Below are positions 1-12,123 of a stretch of 64,000 nucleotides of DNA, in pieces. Origin of the DNA: an uncultured delta proteobacterium (GTDB taxonomy: Bacteria > Myxococcota > Myxococcia > Myxococcales > Myxococcaceae). Below the pieces are notes generated by a model. The model was not told where the DNA came from. It made no database searches and was given only the letters and a program-made list of their open reading frames with translations. The position numbers and the translations under genes were made by a program. The stretch lies in the NCBI GenBank assembly GCA_963771175.1, contig CAVYSY010000046.1, positions 160,001 to 224,000 of the forward strand, written 5' to 3'. The stretch's first letter is position 1. Every line of letters starts with the position of its first letter.

Positions 1-405
1 GCCCTTGGCGCGCAGCCACGCGGCCGCGGTCTCGAAGAGCGCGCGCGCCACGTCCACGTCATTCACGCACTCGAAGAGGCCGAAGAAGCCGACGTTGGTG
101 CCGTGGAACTCGTTGTAGCGGGGGTTGCTCACCGCCGCGATCCGCCCCACCACCTGACCCTCACGGCGGGCGAGGTAGAACTCCACCTCGCCGAACTCGA
201 AGAAGGGGTGCTTCTTCGGGTTCATGAAGTCCCGGCGCTCCATCTCCAGGTGCGGCACCCAGTTCGGGTCGCCCTGGTAGACGGAGTAGGGGAAGCGGAT
301 GAAGGCCGTGCGATCCGCCGAGGAGCGGACCGGGGTCACCTCCACGTGGGTGGGGAGGGGCGGCTGCTTCGACTCGGTGCTCTGCTTCTCGGCGGTGACG
401 GCCAT
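1..405 (-). CDS. GNAT-fold N-acyltransferase, bacterial ceramide synthase (bCerS/YghO-like); 3' part runs off the window
   Basis: Not in the ORF track; translated by hand from ATG 405: MAVTAEKQ...AFIRFPYSVYQGDPNWVPHL...KHPFF...LARREGQVVGRIAA...GFFGLFEC. These motifs are typical of this family. Starts 7 bp downstream of spt. Confidence 0.75.
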   Translation of the reverse strand, partial: MAVTAEKQSTESKQPPLPTHVEVTPVRSSADRTAFIRFPYSVYQGDPNWVPHLEMERRDFMNPKKHPFFEFGEVEFYLARREGQVVGRIAAVSNPRYNEFHGTNVGFFGLFECVNDVDVARALFETAAAWLRAKG

Positions 406-412
406 GTCCCGT

Positions 413-1954
413 TCAGCTCCTGTCCTCGCGCCCGTTGCGGATGAAGAGGTTGGCGCCCTTTTCCAGCAGCATACCCGGGATGTTCGCGCGCTTCTCCCAG
501 AGCTTCATCGGGACCTGACCCAGCTTCCGGAGATCCTCCGGCTGGAGGTTGGCGGCCCGGTAGGTGAGCGTCTCCACCGCGTCGAACAGCTTGCCGGCCA
601 TCTCGCGCGAGGACATGCGCGAGAGCTGATCCAGCGAGAAGCCGTTGTTGCCGAGCTCGCCCGCGCTCGCGGCGGCCCACTTCTCCGAGGCCTTGTTGTT
701 GAGCACGAAGGTGCCCGGGCGGGCGATCTGCACCGGGGTGTACGTGGAGGGCCGCGTCTGGGGGATGATGTCCAGCTTCTTGCCAATCTGCTCGAAGATG
801 TCGAGCACCCGGTCGAGCTGCTCGTCCGTGTGCGTGGCCATGTAGCTGGTGCGGATGAGGGCGTGGCCCGGCTCCACCGCCGGCGGCACCACGGGGTTGG
901 CGAACACGCCCGCCTCGTGCAGCGCCTTCCAGAAGCGGAAGCACTTCACCTGGTCTCCGATGTGCACCGGCACCACCGGCGTCACCGACACGCCCGTGTC
1001 GAAGCCCATGGCGCGGAAGCCGTTGTGCATCTTCTCGGCGATGTCCAGCAGGCGCGCGCGCCGCTGCGGCTCGGCCTCGATGATCTCCAGCGACTTGAGC
1101 GCCGCGGCGATGGACGCCGGCGTCATGGACGCGGAGAAGATGACCGAGCGCGACTTGTGCCGCATGTAGTTGATGACGTCCGAGGGGCCGGCCAGCACGC
1201 CGCCCAGCGACGCGAAGCTCTTGGAGAACGTCCCCATCACCAGGTCCGTCTCCGCCTCCAGCCCGAAGTACTCGGAGGTGCCACGGCCCTTCTCGCCCAG
1301 CACGCCCATGGCATGGGCGTCATCCGTCATCACCCGCGCGTTGTACTTCTTGGACAGCTCCACGATGCGGGGCAGGTTGCAGATGTCGCCCTCCATCGAG
1401 AACACGCCGTCGGTGATGATGATCTTCCCCGCCTTCGGGTCCTTCTCCGCCGCCTGCTCCAGGAGCTGCTCGAGGTGCTCCAGGTCGTTGTGACGGAACT
1501 TGCGCTCGGTGGCGAAGGACAGCCGGATGCCGTCCACCAGCGAGGCGTGGTTCTGCCGGTCCGCGAAGACGATGTCGTGGCGACCCAGGATGGAGGAGAG
1601 CGCCAGGTTCGTCTGGAAGCCGGTGGAGATGACGAGCGCGGCCTCGCGGTTGAGGAACTTCGCCAGCCGCTGCTCCAGCTCCTCGTGCAGCGCCAGGGTG
1701 CCGTTGAGCAGGCGCGAGCCGGAGCACGTGGTGCCGTAGCGCTCCACCGCCTTGATCGCCGCTTCCTTCACCCGCGGATCCGAGCTCAGGCCCAGGTAGT
1801 TGTTGGAGCCCACCATGATGACCCGGCGGCCCTCGATCTGGACCTCGGTGGCTCCGAACGACTCTTCGATCGCCCGGAAGTACGGATAGAGGCCCGTGGC
1901 CTTGGCGATGCGGTAGTCCTTCCAACTCCGGCACTTCTCGAACACATCACTCAT
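413..1954 (-). CDS. spt: Serine palmitoyltransferase (alpha-oxoamine synthase, PLP class II) with C-terminal extension
   Basis: GSNNYLGL, GSRLLNGT, DDAHAMG and GTFSKS (PLP Lys) motifs. ATG 1954 (MSDVFEKC). Adjacent to a bCerS-like gene. Confidence 0.8.
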   Translation of the reverse strand: MSDVFEKCRSWKDYRIAKATGLYPYFRAIEESFGATEVQIEGRRVIMVGSNNYLGLSSDPRVKEAAIKAVERYGTTCSGSRLLNGTLALHEELEQRLAKFLNREAALVISTGFQTNLALSSILGRHDIVFADRQNHASLVDGIRLSFATERKFRHNDLEHLEQLLEQAAEKDPKAGKIIITDGVFSMEGDICNLPRIVELSKKYNARVMTDDAHAMGVLGEKGRGTSEYFGLEAETDLVMGTFSKSFASLGGVLAGPSDVINYMRHKSRSVIFSASMTPASIAAALKSLEIIEAEPQRRARLLDIAEKMHNGFRAMGFDTGVSVTPVVPVHIGDQVKCFRFWKALHEAGVFANPVVPPAVEPGHALIRTSYMATHTDEQLDRVLDIFEQIGKKLDIIPQTRPSTYTPVQIARPGTFVLNNKASEKWAAASAGELGNNGFSLDQLSRMSSREMAGKLFDAVETLTYRAANLQPEDLRKLGQVPMKLWEKRANIPGMLLEKGANLFIRNGREDRS

Positions 1955-2073
1955 GGCGTTCTTCTCTTCTCGGGGGAGATCCGAGCGGATCCGGGGGGCG
2001 CGCGTCCCTGCAGTGTTCGAACCGACCCGGGGCCCTGCGGCGCGCGTCCTCCTCGGGGGGGTAAGCGTCGGCG

Positions 2074-2102
2074 TGAATAAAGAGTCACCCATCGGGTGTC
2101 AA
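2074..2102 (-). promoter_or_regulatory. Candidate sigma70-type promoter for spt
   Basis: Minus strand TTGACA-N17-TATTCA. The spacer contains a short inverted repeat CACCC-ATC-GGGTG. Confidence 0.35.
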
Positions 2103-2383
2103 GGCGCGGACTGTGGCGCGGCGGGCCCCCCGTCCTCTGGAAGTCCCCGATGCCGGGTTGACACCTGCGATTATTCCCACTTCTGGGCAGGCGGGTGCGC
2201 AACCGGCTGCACAGTCGGGGCATGCCTGCCCTGGGTTCACCCCAGATGGGGGGAACGGGATGGCTTCCAGGCGGGGGGGTGGAAGGCTTCCGGCCCCGGC
2301 GGTGTTTGAACCGGGATTCAGAGGTCCGTGACACGTGGCGGGAAGTCTGCTTTCTCCGGGCCTCCACTCAATTGGGGTCAAGC

Positions 2384-4873
2384 TTGGCTGAGTCTCTTCG
2401 ACGTCGTTGGTCCGAGGCCTTCATCCGGGGCACGCTTGCGCGGCCCTGGCGGGTCGTCCTGCTCTTCACGGTGCTGGCCCTCGTCGGCACGGTGATGGCC
2501 TCGCGCCTGGAGTTCCGTGGCTCCTTCGTGGAGCTGCTGCCCCAGGAGGCGCGTGAGGTGCAGGATCTGACGCGCGTGGCGCAGAAGGCCGGCGGCGACG
2601 GCTACCTCGTGGTGCGCGCGCAGGGGCTGAAGCCCGAGGCGCTGCGGACCTTCGCCGACACCCTGGCGAAGAAGCTCGAGACGCTGCCCGAGGTGCGCTA
2701 CGTCGAGCACCGCTTCGACGTGGGCTTCTTCCAGGATCGCGGCCTGCTGCTGCTGCCCACCGAGAAGCTCGGGGCGCTGCGCCAGGACGTGGACGCGCGG
2801 CTGCGCTACGAGAAGCAGAAGGCCAACCCGCTCTTCGTGGACCTGGAGGCGGGCGAGGAGCCGGCGGACTTCGAGCAGATCGTCAAGAAGTACAGCCCGG
2901 AAGCGCCCATGCGCGAGTACCTCGGGAGCACGGACGGCTCCGAGGTGTACCTGATGGTGAAGCCGGGCGGCACCGCGGGAGACCTGGTCTTCGCGCAGCA
3001 GCTCGTGGACGACGTGAAGCGCGTGGCCGACGAGGTCGCTCAGGGTTCACCCGGAGTGAAGCTGGACTACGCGGGGGCCTTCCAGGCGCGGCTCGAGGAG
3101 GACAAGGTGATGCGGCAGGATCTGTCGCGCGCCGCCATCCTCTCGGCGGTGATGGCCATTGGCATCATCTTGCTGGCCACGCGGCGACTGTGGGCGCTGG
3201 CGGTGGTGGGCGTGCCCGTCATCTTCGGCGTGTCGCTGACGTTCGCCTTCGCGGAGCTGGCCATCGGCCACCTCAACGTCGTCACGGGCTTCCTGGTGGC
3301 CATCCTCATCGGCCTGGGCCTGGAGTACGGCATCCACCTGTCCATGCGCTACTGGGAGGAGCGGCGCGAGCACCCGGCCGCCGAGGCGCTGGCCAACACC
3401 GTGCGTGGCACCTTCGCCGGCGCCCTCACCTCGGCGCTGACGAACGCGGCGGCCTTCTTCGTGCTCCTGTTCGCCCAGTTCGATGCCTTCAAGCAGTTCG
3501 GCATGCTGGCCGGTGTGGGCGTCATCATGGCCGTGCTGGTGGCGTACGGGCTGGGCCCGGCGCTGCTCGTGCTCGCCGAGCGCCTGCGCCCGGGCCGCAA
3601 GTCCGCCGCCGCTCACGCCCCCGAGGCTCCGGCGGATGCGCCGCGGCAGAACCTGCCCGGCAAGCGCATGCCCACGCCGGCCATCGTCGTCATCCTGCTG
3701 TCGGTGCTCGGCTTCGCGGGCTACTCCGTCTACGTGTCGTCGCGCGTGGGCTTCGAGACGAACATGCGCAACCTCAAGGGCGACTCGCCCTCGGTGCGCC
3801 TCGATGACCACATCGTCGAGCAGACCGGCTCGCCGCTCAACCCGGCCATCCTCCTGGTGGACGACCTGAAGCAGGCCCAGGTGGTGCAGGAGGTCATCTC
3901 CGAGGTGAAGGCCCGCCATGGCGCGGACTCGACGTTCAAGCAGTCCGCCTCGCTCAATGATCTGCTGCCCCAGGACGTGGCGGCGCACCAGGAGCAGATC
4001 GCCGGGCTGCGCCAGACGCTGGAGAAGCTGCCCGAGAGCGCGAAGAAGGATCCCCGGCTGGACTCCGTGAAGAAGATGCTGGAGGCCCAGCCCTACGGCC
4101 CCGAGCAGCTGCCCGTGGAGGTGCGCCGTCGTTTCGAGGCGCTGGACGGCAAGGGCATGTTCCTCCTGCTGTTCCCCTCGGTGTCCAACCACGACACCCG
4201 GGAACTGGCGGCGTGGGCCTCGCAGATCGACGAGGTGGTGGATGGCGCCAAGGCCCGGGGTGTGAACCTCGCGGTGTTGGATAGCAACCGGATCGCCGCC
4301 CGCATCTTCGCGATGGTGCGTGGGGACGGCCCGTTCATCCTCTGGGCGGCCGCGGCGGTCGTCTTCCTGACCATCCTCATCAGCCTGCGCAGCTTCAAGC
4401 GCGCCTGCCTGGTGGCTGGGCCGCTGTTCCTGGGCATGCTCTGCCTGGCTGGAGGGATGTATCTGTTCGACATCCAGCTCAACTTCATCAACGCCGTGGT
4501 GCTGCCCAACCTGCTCGCCATCGCCGTGGACAACTCGGTCCACCTCTTCCACCGGTACGAGGAAGAGGGCCCGGGCTCGCTGGGTCACGTCGTGCGCCAC
4601 ACGGGTCTGGCGGCGGTGGTGGCCACGCTGTCCAACGCGGCCGGCTACGGCGCTCTGTTGATCTCCCATCATGCCGGCCTGAAATCGATTGGTCAGATTG
4701 CACTTCTGGGGGTGGTGTGCACCTTCCTGGGAACCACGGTTTTCTTCCCGGCGATGCTCGCGCTGCTCGAGCGGTGGAAGGGGCGGAAGGAGGAGGGGAG
4801 CAAGGTGAGGCGTTTGGAGATCGGCCAGTCCGGTGAGGTGTTGACAGAACCGGAGGAGCGTAAATCTGCGTGA
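2384..4873 (+). CDS. MMPL/RND family lipid transporter
   Basis: Two repeats of TM + large periplasmic loop + 5 TM; GLGLEYGIH and AIAVDNSVH TM4/TM10 motifs. Likely TTG start at 2384. Confidence 0.85.
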   Translation: MAESLRRRWSEAFIRGTLARPWRVVLLFTVLALVGTVMASRLEFRGSFVELLPQEAREVQDLTRVAQKAGGDGYLVVRAQGLKPEALRTFADTLAKKLETLPEVRYVEHRFDVGFFQDRGLLLLPTEKLGALRQDVDARLRYEKQKANPLFVDLEAGEEPADFEQIVKKYSPEAPMREYLGSTDGSEVYLMVKPGGTAGDLVFAQQLVDDVKRVADEVAQGSPGVKLDYAGAFQARLEEDKVMRQDLSRAAILSAVMAIGIILLATRRLWALAVVGVPVIFGVSLTFAFAELAIGHLNVVTGFLVAILIGLGLEYGIHLSMRYWEERREHPAAEALANTVRGTFAGALTSALTNAAAFFVLLFAQFDAFKQFGMLAGVGVIMAVLVAYGLGPALLVLAERLRPGRKSAAAHAPEAPADAPRQNLPGKRMPTPAIVVILLSVLGFAGYSVYVSSRVGFETNMRNLKGDSPSVRLDDHIVEQTGSPLNPAILLVDDLKQAQVVQEVISEVKARHGADSTFKQSASLNDLLPQDVAAHQEQIAGLRQTLEKLPESAKKDPRLDSVKKMLEAQPYGPEQLPVEVRRRFEALDGKGMFLLLFPSVSNHDTRELAAWASQIDEVVDGAKARGVNLAVLDSNRIAARIFAMVRGDGPFILWAAAAVVFLTILISLRSFKRACLVAGPLFLGMLCLAGGMYLFDIQLNFINAVVLPNLLAIAVDNSVHLFHRYEEEGPGSLGHVVRHTGLAAVVATLSNAAGYGALLISHHAGLKSIGQIALLGVVCTFLGTTVFFPAMLALLERWKGRKEEGSKVRRLEIGQSGEVLTEPEERKSA

Positions 4874-5820
4874 GCCCGTGGACCTCGGATGAACCCCGCG
4901 CCAGCGGGGTCGGTCGGGACGTACACCTTCGAGGAGTGGACATCGTCATCCTGGTGTCCTGCTCGTTGGCCGCCCTGGCTCTCGTGGGTCCAGCCAGTTG
5001 GGTTCCCGGTGCCGCGAGGTCCGCTGTCTACTTCTCCGTGTTCGCGCTCGGACCGCTCGTCCTGCGCACCCTGGAGGCCCATTTCCCCAGGCACCGGCTG
5101 CTGGCCTTCGTGGCCGGCTTCTGGCTGCTGCCGGTGTTGACCATCAGCCACGGGCTGCTCAATCCCCTGGTGACCGCCCTCAACGTGGGCCTGCGCGACG
5201 CCCAGCTCGCGGCCCTGGACCAGCGGATGTTCGGGGTGCACGCCTCGGTGGTGCTCGGGCAGCTCGTGCCGCCCTGGCTCACCGAGCTCCTGATGGTCTG
5301 CTACTACGGCCACTTCGTCTGGCCGTTGGTGCTGGGGGGAGTGCTGTACTTCACCGGGCGCCGGGAGGCCTTCGACGAGTACCTGCTCGCGCTGAGCCTC
5401 TTCTTCGCGGGCAACTACGTCTGCTACGCGCTGGTGCCGGCGATCGGCCCCCGCTACTTCCTCGCCCACATGTTCCCCCAGCCGCTGCAGGGGTTGTGGG
5501 TGACGTCCTTCCTGGACTCGGTGATGCGCGAGCCGCCCTTCGCGCGGGACTGCTTCCCGTCGGGGCACACGGGGACCTCGCTGCTGGTGCTGGTGTACGC
5601 CTTCCGGTTCTCGCCGAGCGTCTTCCGCATCATGCTGCTGCCGGCCCTCGGCCTGATCGCCGCCACCCTGGTGGGGCGCTTCCACTATGTGACGGACCTG
5701 CTGTGCGCGGTGCCGCTCCTGCTGGTGGTGGTGGGGATGGCGGTGGGCTGGAGCCGGGCCGCCGCGCGGCGCGAAGGGGTGGCGCGCCCGGTGCCAATGG
5801 ACGCTATCGTGCGCCCGTAA
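4870..5820 (+). CDS. PAP2 superfamily membrane protein, Aur1/IPC-synthase-like (PAP2_3)
   Basis: Multi-TM; PAIGPRY, CFPSGHT and RFHYVTD motifs. Overlaps the MMPL stop (GTGA). Confidence 0.8.
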   Translation: MSPWTSDEPRASGVGRDVHLRGVDIVILVSCSLAALALVGPASWVPGAARSAVYFSVFALGPLVLRTLEAHFPRHRLLAFVAGFWLLPVLTISHGLLNPLVTALNVGLRDAQLAALDQRMFGVHASVVLGQLVPPWLTELLMVCYYGHFVWPLVLGGVLYFTGRREAFDEYLLALSLFFAGNYVCYALVPAIGPRYFLAHMFPQPLQGLWVTSFLDSVMREPPFARDCFPSGHTGTSLLVLVYAFRFSPSVFRIMLLPALGLIAATLVGRFHYVTDLLCAVPLLLVVVGMAVGWSRAAARREGVARPVPMDAIVRP

Positions 5821-5832
5821 AGGAGCGTACGC

Positions 5833-7029
5833 ATGAGCAGGCCGATCCTCGCGGGCCGTGTGGCCCCTCTGGGCACCACCGTCTTCTCCGAGTTCAGCGC
5901 GCTGGCCCTGAAGCACGGGGCCATGAACCTGGGCCAGGGCTTCCCGGACTTCGATGGACCCGAGGCCGTGAAGGAGGCCGCTCGCAAGGCCATCACCGAC
6001 GGGGTGAACCAGTACGCCCCCAGCCCGGGTCTGCGCGATTTCCGCGTGGCCATCGCCGAGCACGGCGCGCGCTTCCACGGGCACACCGGTATCGATCCGG
6101 ACACCATGGTGACGGTCACCAGCGGGGCCACCGAGGCCATCTTCTGCGTGCTGCTCGGTCTGGTGGATCCGGGGGACGAGGTGGTGGTCTTCGAGCCCTT
6201 CTATGACTCGTATGACGCCAACCTGGGCTTCATCGGGGCGAAGGCCCGCTACGTGCCGCTGCGTCCGCCGGATGCCTCGCATGCCGCGTGGTGGTTCGAC
6301 CGGGACGAGGTGCGCGCGGCCTTCGGCCCCCGGACGCGGGTGCTGATCCTCAACTCGCCCCACAACCCCACCGGCAAGGTGTTCACCCGCGAGGAGCTCG
6401 AGTTCCTCGGCGAGCTGTGCGCCGAGCACGACGTGAAGGTGCTCTCCGACGAGGTGTACGAGCACATCCTCTTCGGCTCGGCGCGTCATGTGCGTCCCGC
6501 CACGGTGCCCTCGCTGGCGGAGCGGACGGTGACGGTGAGCAGCGCGGGGAAGAGCTTCAGCCTCACCGGGTGGAAGGTGGGGTGGATCATCGCTCCGCCG
6601 GCACTGCGTGACGCGGTGCAGCGTGCCCACCAGTTCGTCACGTTCTCCACGGCGTCGCCCCTGCAGGCGGCCATGGCGGCGGCGCTGCGGCTGCCGGATG
6701 CGTACTTCCAGGAGCTGGGTGCCATGTACCTGGCGAAGAGGGATCGGCTGATCGCCGGGCTCTCCGAGGCGGGGCTGAAGGCGTACGTGCCCGAGGGCAG
6801 CTACTTCATCATGGCCGATATCTCCGGGCGGGGCTTCGCGGACGACGTGGCCTTCTGCCGACACCTGGTGACGGAGGTGGGAGTGGCGGCCATTCCCCCG
6901 AGCGTCTTCTACGGTTCGGAGCACAAGCACCTGGGGCAGGGAATGGCGCGCTTCGCCTTCTGTAAGACGGAGGGCGTGCTGGACGAGGCGGTGCGGCGGT
7001 TGAAGTCGGGGCTCACGCGAGGGCGCTGA
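5833..7029 (+). CDS. Class I/II PLP aminotransferase (YbdL/methionine aminotransferase-like)
   Basis: NLGQGFPDF, NSPHNPTG, DEVY and SAGKSFSLTGWKVG motifs; AGGAG RBS. Confidence 0.9.
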   Translation: MSRPILAGRVAPLGTTVFSEFSALALKHGAMNLGQGFPDFDGPEAVKEAARKAITDGVNQYAPSPGLRDFRVAIAEHGARFHGHTGIDPDTMVTVTSGATEAIFCVLLGLVDPGDEVVVFEPFYDSYDANLGFIGAKARYVPLRPPDASHAAWWFDRDEVRAAFGPRTRVLILNSPHNPTGKVFTREELEFLGELCAEHDVKVLSDEVYEHILFGSARHVRPATVPSLAERTVTVSSAGKSFSLTGWKVGWIIAPPALRDAVQRAHQFVTFSTASPLQAAMAAALRLPDAYFQELGAMYLAKRDRLIAGLSEAGLKAYVPEGSYFIMADISGRGFADDVAFCRHLVTEVGVAAIPPSVFYGSEHKHLGQGMARFAFCKTEGVLDEAVRRLKSGLTRGR

Positions 7030-7095
7030 CGCTGGGACACCCGGGTGATGGGCGGCTTGCGACCCCCAGACCCGGGTGCTACATCCCCGCGCAAC

Positions 7096-9030
<1,935 letters not shown>

Positions 9031-9040
9031 AGCCCACACC

Positions 9041-9769
9041 GTGAGCTTCTTCGGCGAGCTGTACCTGCGTTCCACGCTGCCGTTCCTCTCCGAGGAGGTG
9101 ACGGCGAAGGAGGTGGCGTACCTCGCCAGGAACTTCCAGGGGCTCCGGGTGCCCGGCCCGGTGGTGGATCTGGGCTGTGGCCATGGTCGGCACGCGGCGC
9201 GACTCAACGCCGCGGGCCCCCTGGCCGGTCGCGTCCTCGGCCTGGAGCTGGATGCGCTCTCGCTCCAGGAGCGGCTCCCGGGTTTTCCGGCGGTGCGAGC
9301 GGATCTCCGCTCGCTCCCATTCCGCACGGGCTCGCTGGCGGGGGCCTATGCCTGGTACTCGACACTGTTCGTCTTCTCGGACGAGGAGCACGTGGCCGTG
9401 CTGCGGGATGTGGCGCGGTGCCTGAAGCCCGGCGGCTGGCTGGTGCTGCACTCGGTGCCGTACGAGCGACTCGCGTCACAGCCCGAGGCCTCCTTCTCCA
9501 CCCGGTTGCCGGACGGGAGCCTGCTGGAGGAGGAGAGCCGCTTCGACGCGGTGCAGGGTCGGGACGAGGGGTACAGGCGACTGACTCGGCCCGACGGGCG
9601 CGTTCTTTCCGGCCGATATGCCATCCGTTACTATCCCCTTGCGGATTTGATGCAACTGTTGGAATTCACGGGGTTTTCGATGCGCTGGGTGCATGGCGGG
9701 CTGGAGGGGGAACAGCCATCCGGCACCTCAACGGATCTCATCGTGGGAGCTGAGCTGCGACATGGCTGA
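9041..9769 (+). CDS. Class I SAM-dependent methyltransferase
   Basis: [11 protein letters not shown] motif [10 protein letters not shown]. Confidence 0.85.
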   Translation: MSFFGELYLRSTLPFLSEEVTAKEVAYLARNFQGLRVPGPVVDLGCGHGRHAARLNAAGPLAGRVLGLELDALSLQERLPGFPAVRADLRSLPFRTGSLAGAYAWYSTLFVFSDEEHVAVLRDVARCLKPGGWLVLHSVPYERLASQPEASFSTRLPDGSLLEEESRFDAVQGRDEGYRRLTRPDGRVLSGRYAIRYYPLADLMQLLEFTGFSMRWVHGGLEGEQPSGTSTDLIVGAELRHG

Positions 9770-10166
9770 GAAGAAGCTGCGAATTCTGGTGGCCAAGCCG
9801 GGCCTGGATGGTCACGACCGTGGGGCGAAGATCATCGCCCGGGCCTTGCGCGACGCGGGCATGGAGGTCATCTACACGGGGTTGCACCAGACGCCCGAGA
9901 TGATCGTCAACGCCGCCATCCAGGAGGACGTCGACGCCATCGGCATGTCCATCATGTCGGGAGCGCACATGACGCTCTTCCCGGCGGTGATCGATCTGCT
10001 GAAGAAGAGCAACGCGAACGACATCGCGGTGTTCGGCGGAGGCATCATCCCGGACGACGACATCCCCAAGCTGAAGACCCTGGGGGTGACGGAGATCTTC
10101 ACCCCCGGAAGCTCGACGCAGGACATCGTCCAGTGGATTCGAACCCACATCGCGGCCCGCGCCTGA
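9762..10166 (+). CDS. icmB: Cobalamin-binding small subunit of acyl-CoA mutase
   Basis: [13 protein letters not shown] (DxHxxG), SIMSGAH and GGGIIP motifs. Confidence 0.85.
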   Translation: MAEKKLRILVAKPGLDGHDRGAKIIARALRDAGMEVIYTGLHQTPEMIVNAAIQEDVDAIGMSIMSGAHMTLFPAVIDLLKKSNANDIAVFGGGIIPDDDIPKLKTLGVTEIFTPGSSTQDIVQWIRTHIAARA

Positions 10167-11107
10167 CCGGGCTCGGAAGCCTGCCGGAGCGGGTCGACGT
10201 CTACGAGGTCGGCCCGCGCGACGGCTTGCAGAACGAGCTGCGCACGCTCCCCACGCGCGACAAGGCCCGGCTCATCGAGGCGCTGATCGCGGCGGGGGAG
10301 AAGCGCATCGAAGTGACGTCCTTCGTGTCCCCGAAGTGGATTCCCCAGCTCGCGGACGCGGAGGAATTGCTGCGTCTGGTGGGGCGGCGCGAGGGCGTCA
10401 CCTTCTCCGCGCTGGTGCCCAACCTCAAGGGGCTGGCGCGCGCCAAGGCGGCGGGTCTGGAGGAGGCGGCGATCTTCATCTCCGCGTCCGAGGCCCACTC
10501 GAAGAAGAACATCAACAAGAGCATCGCCGAGGCCGTGGCCGAGGCCCAGCAGACCACCGAGGAGGCCCTGAAGGCGGGGCTGCGGGTGCGCGGCTACCTG
10601 TCCACGGTGTGGGGCTGCCCCTACGAGGGTGAAGTGCCCGTGTCGCGGGTGGTGGAGATCAGCCGGGCCCTCGTGGACGGCGGCATCTACCAGCTCAGCC
10701 TGGGTGACACGATCGGGGTGGGGACTCCGAGGCAGACGGAGGCCATCCTCTCCGCGCTGCTGGAGCACATCCCGGTGGAGAAGCTGGCGCTGCACCTGCA
10801 CGACACGCGTGGCACCGCGCTGGCCAACGCCCTGGTGGGCCTGCAGATGGGTGTGACGACGTTCGACGCCAGCATCGGCGGGCTCGGCGGCTGTCCCTAC
10901 GCTCCGGGCGCCGCGGGCAACCTGGCCACCGAGGACATCGTCTACATGCTCCACGGCATGGGCGTGCAGACGGGGATCAACCTCGACAAGCTCGTCGAGG
11001 CGGGCATGGTCGCGCAGGAGCTCATCGGCCGGAAGCTGGCGGGCAAGTTCCTGCAGGCCGCGCTGGGCGAGCGCGAGAAGAAGGCCAGTCGCCGGCTTCA
11101 GACCTGA
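10133..11107 (+). CDS. hmgL: Hydroxymethylglutaryl-CoA lyase
   Basis: [18 protein letters not shown] and [17 protein letters not shown] motifs. Exact start uncertain. Confidence 0.9.
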   Translation: MDSNPHRGPRLTGLGSLPERVDVYEVGPRDGLQNELRTLPTRDKARLIEALIAAGEKRIEVTSFVSPKWIPQLADAEELLRLVGRREGVTFSALVPNLKGLARAKAAGLEEAAIFISASEAHSKKNINKSIAEAVAEAQQTTEEALKAGLRVRGYLSTVWGCPYEGEVPVSRVVEISRALVDGGIYQLSLGDTIGVGTPRQTEAILSALLEHIPVEKLALHLHDTRGTALANALVGLQMGVTTFDASIGGLGGCPYAPGAAGNLATEDIVYMLHGMGVQTGINLDKLVEAGMVAQELIGRKLAGKFLQAALGEREKKASRRLQT

Positions 11108-11142
11108 GCGAATTCCTCCAGACGCTTGCGGTTGAGTGTCTG

Positions 11143-11174
11143 GTGGCGGCTGGCGCGCGGAGGCCAGCCGCCAC
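11143..11174. terminator. Hairpin between convergent genes (probable bidirectional terminator)
   Basis: Perfect 12-bp stem GTGGCGGCTGGC / GCCAGCCGCCAC with an 8-nt loop; no U-tract. Confidence 0.55.
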
Positions 11175-11196
11175 GGGTGCGCCGGTGGGGCCTGGC

Positions 11197-12123
11197 TCAG
11201 GCCTCGGCTTTGCGCTCGTCCACGCCGCTGCGCAGGACGGGGACTTCCTGATTGGCTGGCGCCAGCATCGCCGCGTCGATGGCCCGCATCTCGTCGGGCT
11301 CGAAGCCGTGGAAGGCCACGGTGCGGTGCGGGCGCAACTGGGAGAGCGCGTACAGCTCATTGTAGGACTCGAGCACGCGCGGGTTCTGCCCCAGTGCCGC
11401 GAAGGCCCGGCCCACCGCGGCCGGGTACTGGCCCTTGGCCTCGCCCACCAGGCTCGCCACCTGCGCGCTCGTCTGCGCGTCCAGGAGCGCCACCTGCTGC
11501 CGGCCCTCCTCCTCCACCTGCGCCTTGGCCCGCTCCAACTGCGCCGAGAGCGTGTCGAACACCTGCTGGGCCACCTCGGGCAGCAGGCTCACGTTGCGGA
11601 TGAGCACCCGCTCCACTTCCAGGCCCCACCGCTCCGTCTCCGACTTGATGTCCTGGCGCACCAATTCGCCCAGCTCGCTGCGGTCGCAGAGGATGTGCTC
11701 GAACTCGCGGTTGCCCAGGATGGACAGCGCCGCGTGGGTGACGAGCGCCCGCAGCGACTTGTCCCAGTCCTCCACCCCGAAGAGGGCGCGTGCCGGGTCG
11801 GCCACCCGGAACTCCAGCCACAGGTCCACGATGACCGTGGTGCCACGCGCGTCGTTGACGTGGATGTTGGTGAAGTCCCGGAAGTCACGCCGCAGGCTGA
11901 CGGGGAAGGTGCGCGCCCACGGCAGCACGCGCTCGGGCAGCCAGTGCCAGCCGGGCTCGTGGAGCGTCTTCTCCAGCTTGCCGAAGCGGGTGACGAGCAT
12001 GGCCTCCTCGTCCTCCACCCGGACCGAGAAGAGGCGCGCCAGGCCGATCAGGAAGGGGAGGGTGCACAGGCCGGCGGCGATACCACCGATGAGATGGAGC
12101 ATTTCGGTCGAGTTCATGATCAC
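11197..12123 (-). CDS. SPFH (band 7/stomatin-like) membrane protein
   Basis: N-terminal TM, RFGKL..PGWHW, WGLEVERVLIRNV and an Ala/Glu/Gln coiled coil. Confidence 0.85.
   Translation of the reverse strand: MIMNSTEMLHLIGGIAAGLCTLPFLIGLARLFSVRVEDEEAMLVTRFGKLEKTLHEPGWHWLPERVLPWARTFPVSLRRDFRDFTNIHVNDARGTTVIVDLWLEFRVADPARALFGVEDWDKSLRALVTHAALSILGNREFEHILCDRSELGELVRQDIKSETERWGLEVERVLIRNVSLLPEVAQQVFDTLSAQLERAKAQVEEEGRQQVALLDAQTSAQVASLVGEAKGQYPAAVGRAFAALGQNPRVLESYNELYALSQLRPHRTVAFHGFEPDEMRAIDAAMLAPANQEVPVLRSGVDERKAEA

Noticed and set aside
413..1954. Annotation as BioF or Kbl
   Set aside because: Same fold, but the adjacent bCerS-like gene and lipid-transport context favour SPT; not excluded without a phylogeny.
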